Positions 52,606 through 62,075 of a DNA stretch of 64,000 nt are shown here, one piece after another. Every line of letters begins with the position of its first letter. The stretch's first letter is position 1. The translations under genes were made by a program, and so were the position numbers. This DNA comes from Fibrobacterales bacterium (GTDB taxonomy: Bacteria; Fibrobacterota; Fibrobacteria; Fibrobacterales; JAOPTW01): NCBI GenBank assembly GCA_051532055.1, contig JAOPTX010000007.1:64001-128000 (forward strand), read 5' to 3'. The notes below the pieces were generated by a model, which searched no databases, had not been told where the DNA came from, and saw only the letters and a program-made list of their open reading frames with translations.

Positions 52606-52763
52606 CCCCTCATAACCACCACATAGTTTATGTGATTCTTACATTAATATATATTAAAAAAGAGAGGGTAGGCAAATGGGGATTGACTGAAACTGAATTC
52701 CCCCTCACCTCCCCAACAACCTGTACAATTTTGTTATAGAGCAAAAATGTATTTTGTAAAGCA

Positions 52764-54368
52764 CTACCAAGCAGTCTGCTCAAAATCATATGCTTTTGGG
52801 CAGAAAATTATTTCAAATTTCGTAGAAGGGTGACAAGTATAAAGTGAGCCCGCATCATCATAGGCAAACGTATAAATTTTAGGCGCCATTTCATGTGACA
52901 CATCCACATATTGAGTCTTCCAAATGCTAAACTGGTGATCTCTCTCATTACATTGTTCTGAGCTTACACCAGCAATCAGATTATTACCATCCATATGAGT
53001 AGGACAACATGAACGCAAGGCAATGGGATCATTCCATTCATCTAATCCATCCTCAAAGGTGAGATATTTACAGGGAGAATAACATCCAATCCTTTCGCCA
53101 TCACTGTTTCGATAACTCAAGTCAAAATCCCGATACCCATCTTGATCGAGACTCTCATGTTCTGGACATTTATCAACATCGAGACGCGACCCATTAACTA
53201 CAACACATTTACTCCATTCATCTACTTTATCACCTTTAGGAATAACTACATATGGCAAAGTATAGCCATCAACATTACTCGCATTGTAATACATTTCCAC
53301 TGACTCATTATCAACAGCCTCCCACGTGATCTCAAACTTTGATTCAATAGGAGGGGTACAGGCATCACCTAACGAACCACCACAGGTTGATGATCCACCA
53401 ATTTCACAGTTTCTACCGGTGTCATCACACCCTTGCTTTGGCCAGTAGCGCGTCCCATTGATCTGACGATCCTCTGGAATATTATAGTCATAGGATGTGC
53501 CGGCCTCTAAATACTTATTAAGATCAACGCCTCTGCTTTCGAGTAGGGCAATATGATCAGGCTGAGCGCCCATTTCTATCCAAAGGTCTTCATTACAGTT
53601 ATTAGTAATCCGTAACCTATTAGGCTGATCATCCACAACATCCCAAGGCACCTCAGTTTTAGAGCGTTGATAGGCCGTTGTATACTCAAACCATGTAGAC
53701 ATATCATCATGAACAGCTCCAACAGGGAGTATACTTCCCCCAATTTCAATCCAAACCCGAACGTCTTCTTCACCCATAAAAAAGTTTTTGGAAGGGTGAT
53801 CAAGTTTAACGGTCCATTCTGTCCCTGATTGAGTTGTTGGATTCAGATCAAACCGATGCACCACAAAATCAGACGCGTCTTTCAATCGCGTTTTATAACG
53901 CACCAAAACATTACTTTCACCCGACGGAACAGGGAAAGAAACCTCTATACCACCCAGCTCATACTCCCTGAATGTCACAGAGCCATCAACCGCAATTATT
54001 TCATCAAAACTGGTATCTTCCCACTCATTTACCGAACTAACATTTTCAATTGATGATGATGACGACGACAGAACTTCTTGTTCTTCCGATGAAATTATGG
54101 TGTTTGTTGATGAAGACATATCTACTGCATCAGACGATTCTATTAGATTGCTACTTTGCCCAATTGATACTGAACTCACTGTGCCCGAATGAGATAACGC
54201 TTCACTTGATGATGATACATTCGACGATTCATCAATGACATCATCTGAACTACCCCCAATAACTTCTTCAACTGTTGGAGTATTACTACACCCCAAAAAA
54301 AACACGCTCATTAACAACAAAATACTTACCTGCGCTATCATCTTACCCCTCAATAACTGATTAACCAT
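52764..54368 (-). CDS. Lipoprotein with a C-terminal thaumatin-like (GH152) domain
   Basis: FLGC lipobox and Ser linker; RITNNC, RYWPKQGC..G.NC, KFEITW, ASNVDGYTLP, CYSPCK, YTFAYDD, YTC, FEIIFCP. ATG 54368 follows AGGGG. Confidence 0.85.
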   Translation of the reverse strand: MVNQLLRGKMIAQVSILLLMSVFFLGCSNTPTVEEVIGGSSDDVIDESSNVSSSSEALSHSGTVSSVSIGQSSNLIESSDAVDMSSSTNTIISSEEQEVLSSSSSSIENVSSVNEWEDTSFDEIIAVDGSVTFREYELGGIEVSFPVPSGESNVLVRYKTRLKDASDFVVHRFDLNPTTQSGTEWTVKLDHPSKNFFMGEEDVRVWIEIGGSILPVGAVHDDMSTWFEYTTAYQRSKTEVPWDVVDDQPNRLRITNNCNEDLWIEMGAQPDHIALLESRGVDLNKYLEAGTSYDYNIPEDRQINGTRYWPKQGCDDTGRNCEIGGSSTCGGSLGDACTPPIESKFEITWEAVDNESVEMYYNASNVDGYTLPYVVIPKGDKVDEWSKCVVVNGSRLDVDKCPEHESLDQDGYRDFDLSYRNSDGERIGCYSPCKYLTFEDGLDEWNDPIALRSCCPTHMDGNNLIAGVSSEQCNERDHQFSIWKTQYVDVSHEMAPKIYTFAYDDAGSLYTCHPSTKFEIIFCPKAYDFEQTAW

Positions 54369-54584
54369 ATATGTGTCCCCTAAATATACTTTCAATGACC
54401 GGCATCACAAACACCTTTATGTAAATTTGACATAGAGGAACCACCATTAACCCTCATCCCACCATTGTACCCATTACATTTCAATAATTCAATATTTACC
54501 TTGCAAAGCTGTATTTTGAGCTCAGCCTAACAATATTCTAACAGCAATTTATTACATTCTACCCTCATTAATAGCGAGGACCCC

Positions 54585-55013
54585 ATGTCAAAATCTATCA
54601 TGGTCATGTGTACCGGAAATTCATTTAGAAGTCATATGGCTGAAGCGTTTATTCGTTCATTTGCAGGAGATACTGCAACGGTATACAGTTCAGGAGTAAA
54701 AGCAAGTGGAAAAATTTACCCTTGGGCAATCAAACTTATGGCTGAAGAACATATCGACATTTCCAATCAAACATCAGATCAGATCGACATCTATTTGGAC
54801 AAGGAATTCGACTATGTAATCACCGTATGTGACAATGCAAAAGAGACTTGCCCCGTGTTCCCGAAACCGGTTGGCCAAGTAATCCACCACAGTTTTAAAG
54901 ATTATGAGCCACAAGGTGAGTTAAGTGATGAGGCCTATATGGAAACACTGAGACCCATTCGTGACGCCATAAAAGTGTGGTGTAAAGAGTTTGCCACTCA
55001 AGAGTTCTCCTAG
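54585..55013 (+). CDS. arsC: Thioredoxin-type arsenate reductase / LMW-PTP family
   Basis: CTGNSFRSHMAEA P-loop and TVCDNAKETCP redox cysteines. Confidence 0.85.
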   Translation: MSKSIMVMCTGNSFRSHMAEAFIRSFAGDTATVYSSGVKASGKIYPWAIKLMAEEHIDISNQTSDQIDIYLDKEFDYVITVCDNAKETCPVFPKPVGQVIHHSFKDYEPQGELSDEAYMETLRPIRDAIKVWCKEFATQEFS

Positions 55014-55177
55014 ACAATTATTGATAAATATAGGGCTGTAACGCCAATTCTATCGGACTCGCGCCCTATATATTACCATATTATCACATTTAATGCATTC
55101 CTGTTTAATCAGCCCCCTATATCCTTGCATTCCGCCATTCGATAGCTACTTTCGTGAAAAAACATTCGGATCGTTAG

Positions 55178-56017
55178 ATGAAACAGTTACTTATTATTGC
55201 ACTCTGTGCTACTGCACTTTTTGCCCAAGACACTACAAAGGCAGAATCTCCAAACCCCCTTAAGAAAAAACTTGTTGCTACTTTTAACGCAAACCAAGAC
55301 AGTTACTCAAATTGGGCTGAGGGTGGAGAAGATACCTATGGTTGGAAACTACTTGTAAATGGTGGACTTGATTACATACAAAAAAACTGGGAGATACAAA
55401 ACGTCCTCGATATAGAGTACGGTCGCACAGCAGTGGGCGATGTACCGAGCATAAAATCATCAGATAAGCTCTTCATTGAATCTCAATACAACTACACTCT
55501 TTTCTCCCATATGGCCGGATACGCCGCAGGACAACTCAGCACACAATTTACTCCAGGATATACGCATTCAAAAACAGGCAAAACAAAAGTATCTACATTT
55601 TTTGACCCGGGATATCTCATAGAATCAGCGGGCCTCTCATACTCCCGCGATAAAATTTTCTCTTCCCGTCTTGGATTTGCAATAAAACAGACCATTTCAT
55701 CAAAGAAATTCGGATGGGCAAATAATAGAGAAACTCAAGAACGCGAATCATTTAAAAATGAGCCCGGTCTTGAATCAGTCAGTGAACTCAACGTAGGCAT
55801 TAATGACATCCTTACCTACACATCACGCCTTTCACTCTTTAGTAACTTCAAAGGCGCAAGTCGTATTGATTCCCATTGGAAAAACAAATGCAGTGCGCAA
55901 GTGATGACGTACCTCACTATTGATCTCTCATTTGAAATGCTCTATGATTACGATCTTGATCTAGACAATCAGTATAAACAAGGTATGAGCCTTGGGCTCA
56001 CTTACAAACTCTTTTAG
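55178..56017 (+). CDS. DUF3078-family outer-membrane beta-barrel
   Basis: Signal peptide, Q..YSNWAEGG, KSSDK, TQFTPGY, FFDPGY, C-terminal GLTYKLF. Confidence 0.82.
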   Translation: MKQLLIIALCATALFAQDTTKAESPNPLKKKLVATFNANQDSYSNWAEGGEDTYGWKLLVNGGLDYIQKNWEIQNVLDIEYGRTAVGDVPSIKSSDKLFIESQYNYTLFSHMAGYAAGQLSTQFTPGYTHSKTGKTKVSTFFDPGYLIESAGLSYSRDKIFSSRLGFAIKQTISSKKFGWANNRETQERESFKNEPGLESVSELNVGINDILTYTSRLSLFSNFKGASRIDSHWKNKCSAQVMTYLTIDLSFEMLYDYDLDLDNQYKQGMSLGLTYKLF

Positions 56018-56039
56018 TATACTCAATACAATGTCCATT

Positions 56040-56077
56040 AAAAAAGCAGAGCACCTTATTGGCACTCTGCTTTTTTT
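56040..56077. terminator. Bidirectional intrinsic terminator
   Basis: AAAAAAGCAGAG-N13-CTCTGCTTTTTT between convergent genes. Confidence 0.8.
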
Positions 56078-56122
56078 GTCTCTCAGCCAAATATAATTTG
56101 GGAGGGAATATCCGCTTCGAGA

Positions 56123-59083
56123 CTATTTATGATATCGATATAACCCACTGGAAGTAGAGATAAAGTATATACCATCAGAAAGGTATTCAGCATCAACCGC
56201 AAATAGATACTCAGCCTGTCCATCTGGTCGTATTATTAGAAATGGCCGCCCACTCTGCATAAGATTATGAAAACCTTCCCTCGTTAAAGATTGCACCGGG
56301 GTCTTCTTTTGAACATACAACCGAGCCGTTGCATCACTACTCTTTTCGCAGTCACTTGAGCTAGAAATCGCCCCAGGTACACCACCTGAACTTGATACAT
56401 CATATGAGCTCACGCTTTCTTCATTTTGTACCTCAGAACTATTCGATAGTTCTGATTGCTGAGAGCAATCATTACTACTCAACTCAACCACGCTACTTAT
56501 TTGATCTTCACTACTTACTGCTGTTTCTGAACTCTCAGCTTCATTTGATGAAGGACGCTCTGTACTCTCCTCACATGCTATGCCCAGTGGCTCATAATTA
56601 CAAGCGGTATGCCATGCAATTTCCCGCAACTTTCTTCCGAGTGCTGGCTCTACAGTGTGAGCAATGCCTCCATACACATTATAGATGGTATCGGTCAGCT
56701 CAAGCGGGCTCTTTTTATATAATACAGAGTAATAGAGCATTGCAATCATATACCACCCATCATTATTAGGGTGAATGTCATCACTAAAAAACTCATCATG
56801 ACTAGATCTCCCTGGAACAACCCCTAGAGCGAGCGAATCATATAATGCCGCCATTGTCTGACCTCCAGGAATCATAAGCATCGGCTTTCCTGACGATAAC
56901 CCCGCTACACTATCTGCGATCAACTCCCACACCGGGAGGTCTGACTGCAATCGATCTCTCCATGGCACTGTTTGATTATTTTCGTAGCATTCAGACCCTT
57001 CAACTCCACTAAATATACAGTGCCATGACTCAAACATATAGGCCTGCACCTCCGGATTACCTTCTTTAGCTAGGCTGTCAAATTTATAAGCGTACTCATA
57101 AGTTTGACTATAGGTAATATGGCTTTGAAGTTCGAGTGCCTCAGTCATAACCACATCAGTAAAAGTACCTGATGCAAAAGCAGCTCCATACCCTTCATCA
57201 TTATAACTATTACTCCCATCGTTGTTCCAATTCCATTTAAGAGGCGATCCTGGGATTATTTGGTAGCCATAGGAGTTTTCATCACCAGCATCTTCCGCAA
57301 TGTAATTCACAAAAACTGGGATTGTCGTATTCATAAGGCTATGACCGATATAAAATATTTTTTTATTGATCGGCAATATCTCTTCATTGGATGACTGCTC
57401 TACAGACGATACTTCTATCGCCCCACTACTTTCAACAATAATTTCGCTACTAGAACTCATTACGGCACCACTTTCTGGTATGAGCATAGGCGAATCAAGA
57501 AGAGCCTGGTATTTTGGTGCTTCACCCTTGAGATCCCCCGCATTTAACTGCCCCAAAGATTCAAGATGCCCCCATGATCCATATTGCGATTCGCGACCAC
57601 CAACATAACTAAATGCAGTAAAGAGTGAAACACCAGCATCAATGTGACGTTGTAAATTTTTAATATAGAGGTCATACATTTTAGGGTGTACTTGAGCGTC
57701 CCAAACAGCCTGATTATAATCCCACTCTCCTTGCCTCCAAGGCTGCATATGCTGTCCACCTTCATAAATAATATATTCCATCCCAAAGTCATCTGCATAC
57801 TTCTTATGAGCATCAACAAATCTTCCCGTATGAGACTCATATAAACTATCAACGGCATCAATTATCATCTCAGCCGTTACAGATGATGGCTCAAGACTAT
57901 TCCAATAATTGTGCTGTTCTTCACCAAAACCAAAGTACGCTGTTGGAGACACTGCGTCAGCGCCAACACCATCATCATTAAAAAGGTATTCGAGTACGCG
58001 CCCCGTATTTCCTGGCCATCCACCTTGCACCGCAGCAACGGTAATCAATCGTGACCGTTCACTTGCCCACACTTCTTCCCATATAGTAAAGGTCCGCGCC
58101 ATGAGATAGGCATCTTTTTCAGGATGACATCCGTCCAATGTATTACAATATTTCATACTCACCGCTTCAAGGCCTACAGTAACATCGGATTCTCCCTCAG
58201 CTGCATTACCTGTTGCATAGTGAGACTGTTGAAATATCCAATTCCATAGTTCATTAGAATACTCGATATAGACCTTAAGATTAGGGTCGAGTTGTTCTTT
58301 AACGAGCTCTGCAAATTTTGTGATATACTCTCTATTAGCTTTATGAGGAATGCAAAACCAAGCATCTACTTGTAATTCATTTGCGAGAGCAATTGCATGT
58401 TCAATAGCAATACCAGCTGCTTGATTGTTATTATCATATCCTCGACCCTGAGAATAATGATATACCTGCGTGCGCTTATCCCAGTCTTCTGAGAGCGAAT
58501 TATTGGTTGCAGTCCAATTCATAAACCTCAATGTTTTGAAAGGACGCAGGCCAGAAAGAAATTCTTCCCTAAAAAGGGGAATTTCATTTTCCGGATTATT
58601 TTCATAGGCTACAGGAATGATCTTAAAGCCTCTCAAGTGATTACCTGCAGTAGAACGAGTTATATTGAGCCATTTATGCCCCCCTTCACCGGTGAGCGTT
58701 ATATAATGATTTCCTCCTCGCTCCTCATGATCGACACTCCAATTAATGTCCCCCTCACCTTCGAAGGTGACGTGGTATTCGCCACTGTAGGAGTTATTAA
58801 TGAGGAAACGAACACCTGTTGACGCGCCATTTACCGACACTGGGAGTTCTGTTGGATATCCTGCTGAATCCCGTGGGATTTGATCCAATACCTGAGTATT
58901 CCAACCTGAAACATTTACTGTGAAGGTGATCAGCTCAGATGCTGATGTCATAACATCGGTAAATGGGGCACCAGATGACCAATAATTGAGACTTCCTATA
59001 TTCATCCCCATCTTCATTTGGTTATTTTGAGCCATAAGTGACCCTAAACACAACCCAATTATTACTGCAATTACACGCTTCAT
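56123..59083 (-). CDS. Secreted multidomain enzyme: GH-A-like TIM barrel, SGNH-like hydrolase domain, Ser linkers and tail
   Basis: LRFMNW, AWFCIPH, IEYSNELWN, YEGGQH; second domain IGHSL...DDIHPN; tail LSDGIYFI. Confidence 0.7.
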   Translation of the reverse strand: MKRVIAVIIGLCLGSLMAQNNQMKMGMNIGSLNYWSSGAPFTDVMTSASELITFTVNVSGWNTQVLDQIPRDSAGYPTELPVSVNGASTGVRFLINNSYSGEYHVTFEGEGDINWSVDHEERGGNHYITLTGEGGHKWLNITRSTAGNHLRGFKIIPVAYENNPENEIPLFREEFLSGLRPFKTLRFMNWTATNNSLSEDWDKRTQVYHYSQGRGYDNNNQAAGIAIEHAIALANELQVDAWFCIPHKANREYITKFAELVKEQLDPNLKVYIEYSNELWNWIFQQSHYATGNAAEGESDVTVGLEAVSMKYCNTLDGCHPEKDAYLMARTFTIWEEVWASERSRLITVAAVQGGWPGNTGRVLEYLFNDDGVGADAVSPTAYFGFGEEQHNYWNSLEPSSVTAEMIIDAVDSLYESHTGRFVDAHKKYADDFGMEYIIYEGGQHMQPWRQGEWDYNQAVWDAQVHPKMYDLYIKNLQRHIDAGVSLFTAFSYVGGRESQYGSWGHLESLGQLNAGDLKGEAPKYQALLDSPMLIPESGAVMSSSSEIIVESSGAIEVSSVEQSSNEEILPINKKIFYIGHSLMNTTIPVFVNYIAEDAGDENSYGYQIIPGSPLKWNWNNDGSNSYNDEGYGAAFASGTFTDVVMTEALELQSHITYSQTYEYAYKFDSLAKEGNPEVQAYMFESWHCIFSGVEGSECYENNQTVPWRDRLQSDLPVWELIADSVAGLSSGKPMLMIPGGQTMAALYDSLALGVVPGRSSHDEFFSDDIHPNNDGWYMIAMLYYSVLYKKSPLELTDTIYNVYGGIAHTVEPALGRKLREIAWHTACNYEPLGIACEESTERPSSNEAESSETAVSSEDQISSVVELSSNDCSQQSELSNSSEVQNEESVSSYDVSSSGGVPGAISSSSDCEKSSDATARLYVQKKTPVQSLTREGFHNLMQSGRPFLIIRPDGQAEYLFAVDAEYLSDGIYFISTSSGLYRYHK

Positions 59084-59122
59084 ACTTACCCTCTGTATTG
59101 ATTACTTTCTAAATATATTTTC

Positions 59123-59238
59123 TCCACTTCCAGAATAGTATATGGGAAAAATATATCCGTTGAGTGAACGCTCAACAACAATCACCACTCCTGATCAGTA
59201 ATTACCACTCACTGGTAGCATAACTACTCTATTTTAGA
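59123..59238 (+). repeat. Four degenerate ~17-bp direct repeats phased at about 20-bp multiples
   Basis: TCCACTTCCAGAATAGTA (59123), ACCACTCCTGATCAGTA (59184), ACCACTCACTGGTAGCA (59204), ACTACTCTATTTTAGA (59223). Confidence 0.55.
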
Positions 59239-59269
59239 TATGTTTATCTGAAGGAATTGAGAGCTGACT

Positions 59270-60103
59270 ATGAAAGAGATATACGACTATTTAGACTACC
59301 GCGAATACATCAAAGACTTCTACGAATTTCAAAAAGCAAAGAAATCCTGGTTTTCATATCGCTATATTAGTCAAAAAGTGGGCATAGATGCCGGGTTTCT
59401 TGTAAAAGTATTGCAAGGCAAAAATAATATTACCGAAAAACACCTCCCTCAAATGATAACTCTTTTAAAGCTTGATGAAAAAGAGAAAGAGTATTTTGAG
59501 ACCCTTGTTCATTTTACCAAAGCAAAAACTCAAAAGCAGATCTCTATATTTTTCAATAAACTTATTGATCTAAAAAACCTAAGTGCCACAATCATAGAAC
59601 AAAAAAAGTTTGAATTTTATTCAAAATGGCATCACAACGCAATTCGTTCACTCATAGATTTTTACGACTTTAAAGGTGATTTTGATGCACTTGGAAACAA
59701 ACTTTCTCCACCAATATCTGCAGAAGAAGCAAAAAAATCTATTGTTCTTCTTGAGTCACTAAACCTTATCTCAAAAGATGAGACTGGTCGGTATCAACTC
59801 ACTGACACCATTATAACTACTGGTCAATCATGGCAGTCCATTGCCATTTCAGAATTTCAACAACAGATGATTACCCTCTCACAAGAATCCCTAGTGCGGC
59901 ACCCCAAAAAGGATCGTGATGTTTCTACATTAACGTTCTCAGTACCAACCGATGAATTGGATGAACTCAGAGAACGCATAACTGAATTTAGATCAACCAC
60001 TCTTAAATGGATTCAGGAACAAAATAATGAAGATGCAGTATATCAACTCAATCTTCAACTGTTCCCTTTAACCACACTTGAACAAACCGGGGGCGAATCG
60101 TGA
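59270..60103 (+). CDS. TIGR02147-family protein (N-terminal HTH-like region plus DUF4423-like domain)
   Basis: YLDYREYIKDFY..K..FSYR, FYSKWHHNAIR, RDVSTLT, VYQLNLQLFPL. Confidence 0.9.
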   Translation: MKEIYDYLDYREYIKDFYEFQKAKKSWFSYRYISQKVGIDAGFLVKVLQGKNNITEKHLPQMITLLKLDEKEKEYFETLVHFTKAKTQKQISIFFNKLIDLKNLSATIIEQKKFEFYSKWHHNAIRSLIDFYDFKGDFDALGNKLSPPISAEEAKKSIVLLESLNLISKDETGRYQLTDTIITTGQSWQSIAISEFQQQMITLSQESLVRHPKKDRDVSTLTFSVPTDELDELRERITEFRSTTLKWIQEQNNEDAVYQLNLQLFPLTTLEQTGGES

Positions 60104-61290
60104 AACTTACCTATCTACTCCTATTATTATTGTGTCTATCCTGCACTGTACCTGAACCGGAATATGTAGGAAACGGTTCTGAAACGACGAATGGAATTAT
60201 TGCCGGTACTCTGACCCTCGAATCAGGCGCACCCGCTATAGCTGCAAAAGTACAGCTACGTGACAGTAGTACCATCGCAATTGACTCTACCACAACGAAC
60301 ACCAATGGCTACTTTCAATTTTCTGACGTTACCCCTGGCACCTATTCGATTCTAGCTTCAGATAGCAATCAATCATTTCAGTGGTTCCAAGATAGCGTTT
60401 CACTCAATGACACCACTCCTTCAATTGAATTTACTGAAACACTCTCCTCAGCTCGCACCATCAACTTTACAACCCCTTCGATCAGTAATGAAATTCAATT
60501 CAGTATTGTCTTTCCAGAACTGGGGTTGACCGAAACTTTTACTGAGGCTACCTCCGCTCAGAGCACTATCCCAGAAGGGGCTTTTGTCTACGAGATGTAT
60601 GCGCTCCACGCCAGCTCTCCTGATACCCAAAAAGTTCTCCTTATAAAGGACACTATTACTTCTGATAGCCCTGATTCACTTGGAACGATCGAGATCAACA
60701 CCCTTCAAGGAGACAGTTCACAGGTTCTCTTTGATGACTTTGAAGACGGCAATCACATATCAAATTTCTTAAACCCATGGTACACATTTGATGATCGGGC
60801 AACATCAGGTATAAGTACCATAAAAACCTTCGCTGAGCAACCACTCAGCCAGTCTCCGGGTTTCAACAATACGAGCAACGCTGGATACACTACCTTTACC
60901 CTCACCCCAAATACCACCTCAGACCCTGTATTTGTTGGCCTTGGGTCTCATTTTGGCAAAAACTACACTGCATATCTCACCGATTTTTCCAAACTCAGTA
61001 CCATTACCTTCAATCATACATCAACCAACCATCATCAATTCACCTTTTGTTTGATCTCCACACTCTACAATAATACCCAGCTTTGTACCTATCCAATCGA
61101 TGCAAGCGTTGGTTTCTGGACTTCAAAAACCGCCCCGCTCAATCTTTTTAATAAAACACCCAAAGTGACCCTTATTGGTAAAGTGGCATTTATGAAGGGA
61201 ATTGACAGTTTTGCTTTCATTATGAACGCCGGAACAGATAGTGGCGAAATGACTTTTACCATAGACGACCTCATATTTAACTTTGAGTAA
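60100..61290 (+). CDS. Lipoprotein: carboxypeptidase-regulatory-like domain plus CIA30/CBM11-like domain
   Basis: CLSC lipobox, GNGSETTNG, IDSTTTNTNGYFQFSDVTPGTYSI, LFDDFEDG...WYTFDD...FVGLG...FTIDDL; GTGA overlap with the upstream gene. Confidence 0.7.
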   Translation: MKLTYLLLLLLCLSCTVPEPEYVGNGSETTNGIIAGTLTLESGAPAIAAKVQLRDSSTIAIDSTTTNTNGYFQFSDVTPGTYSILASDSNQSFQWFQDSVSLNDTTPSIEFTETLSSARTINFTTPSISNEIQFSIVFPELGLTETFTEATSAQSTIPEGAFVYEMYALHASSPDTQKVLLIKDTITSDSPDSLGTIEINTLQGDSSQVLFDDFEDGNHISNFLNPWYTFDDRATSGISTIKTFAEQPLSQSPGFNNTSNAGYTTFTLTPNTTSDPVFVGLGSHFGKNYTAYLTDFSKLSTITFNHTSTNHHQFTFCLISTLYNNTQLCTYPIDASVGFWTSKTAPLNLFNKTPKVTLIGKVAFMKGIDSFAFIMNAGTDSGEMTFTIDDLIFNFE

Positions 61291-61376
61291 CAGATACCAC
61301 ATCAAGAACCTCTTTAAGTTTTACTTCAGGAAGTCACTCAATATGGTATAACTTCGCAAATCCGTAAAATTAAAAT

Positions 61377-61404
61377 TTTAGATTTAGCACCTTCACCCCG
61401 ACAA
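61377..61404 (+). promoter_or_regulatory. Possible sigma28-type promoter
   Basis: TTTAGATT-N12-CCCGACAA, same geometry as 15273-15300. Confidence 0.35.
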
Positions 61405-61434
61405 AGTGAATAGGTATTATGTTATGAGGTAACC

Positions 61435-62070
61435 ATGGACATCCAATCACAAGCGGCCCACTCCACTCCACCAAATTCTCTACTCCAAGTCTCGCAATCA
61501 AACACAACTGATAGCGCCGCCTGGAACAGTATATTAACCAAGTACAGCAGTGGCTCAATTGACACTAATGGCGCCATTGCAGAACTCTCACAGGCAGAGG
61601 GGCTCACTTCTGCCCCAGACCCGCACCAACCTCTCGTCGCAACACTCACTGAGACTGAGCGATCTATTCGGTTTTCACTCCTTAAAGAGCTCATGGCAAT
61701 TGGTGATGATGAGACCGACAAAAAAGTACAGGATAAGTACGCCGAAGATAATATTCTGTATGGCATACCAGAAGGTACTGAGGCTGCTGAAGTTGACCCC
61801 TATTGGAATGCAGAAAACACCAGCCAACGATTGGTTGATTTTGCGATTTCATTTCGGTCATACTTTACCCACATGGATGATGTTGAGTTCCTAGAAGAAG
61901 TAAAAGCCGCCATGCTCGAAGGATATGCACGGGCCCACGAAGATATGGGCTTTACTGATGAGACTATACCCCCTGATCTCGGCAAACTATACAATGATAC
62001 GTATCACTCAACCATGGATAAAATAGATACCCTTCTTACTACGGCAAAACAGGAAGTTGACCAATCCTAG
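61435..62070 (+). CDS. DUF5610-like hypothetical protein
   Basis: YWNAENTSQRLVDFA...EGYARA...TY pattern; GAGG RBS. Confidence 0.6.
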   Translation: MDIQSQAAHSTPPNSLLQVSQSNTTDSAAWNSILTKYSSGSIDTNGAIAELSQAEGLTSAPDPHQPLVATLTETERSIRFSLLKELMAIGDDETDKKVQDKYAEDNILYGIPEGTEAAEVDPYWNAENTSQRLVDFAISFRSYFTHMDDVEFLEEVKAAMLEGYARAHEDMGFTDETIPPDLGKLYNDTYHSTMDKIDTLLTTAKQEVDQS

Positions 62071-62075
62071 CAATG

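Noticed and set aside
54585..55013. Arsenic resistance operon or island
   Set aside because: arsC stands alone, with no arsR, acr3/arsB or mobility genes nearby.
59123..59238. CRISPR array
   Set aside because: The repeats are short, degenerate and nearly contiguous, with no spacers and no cas genes.
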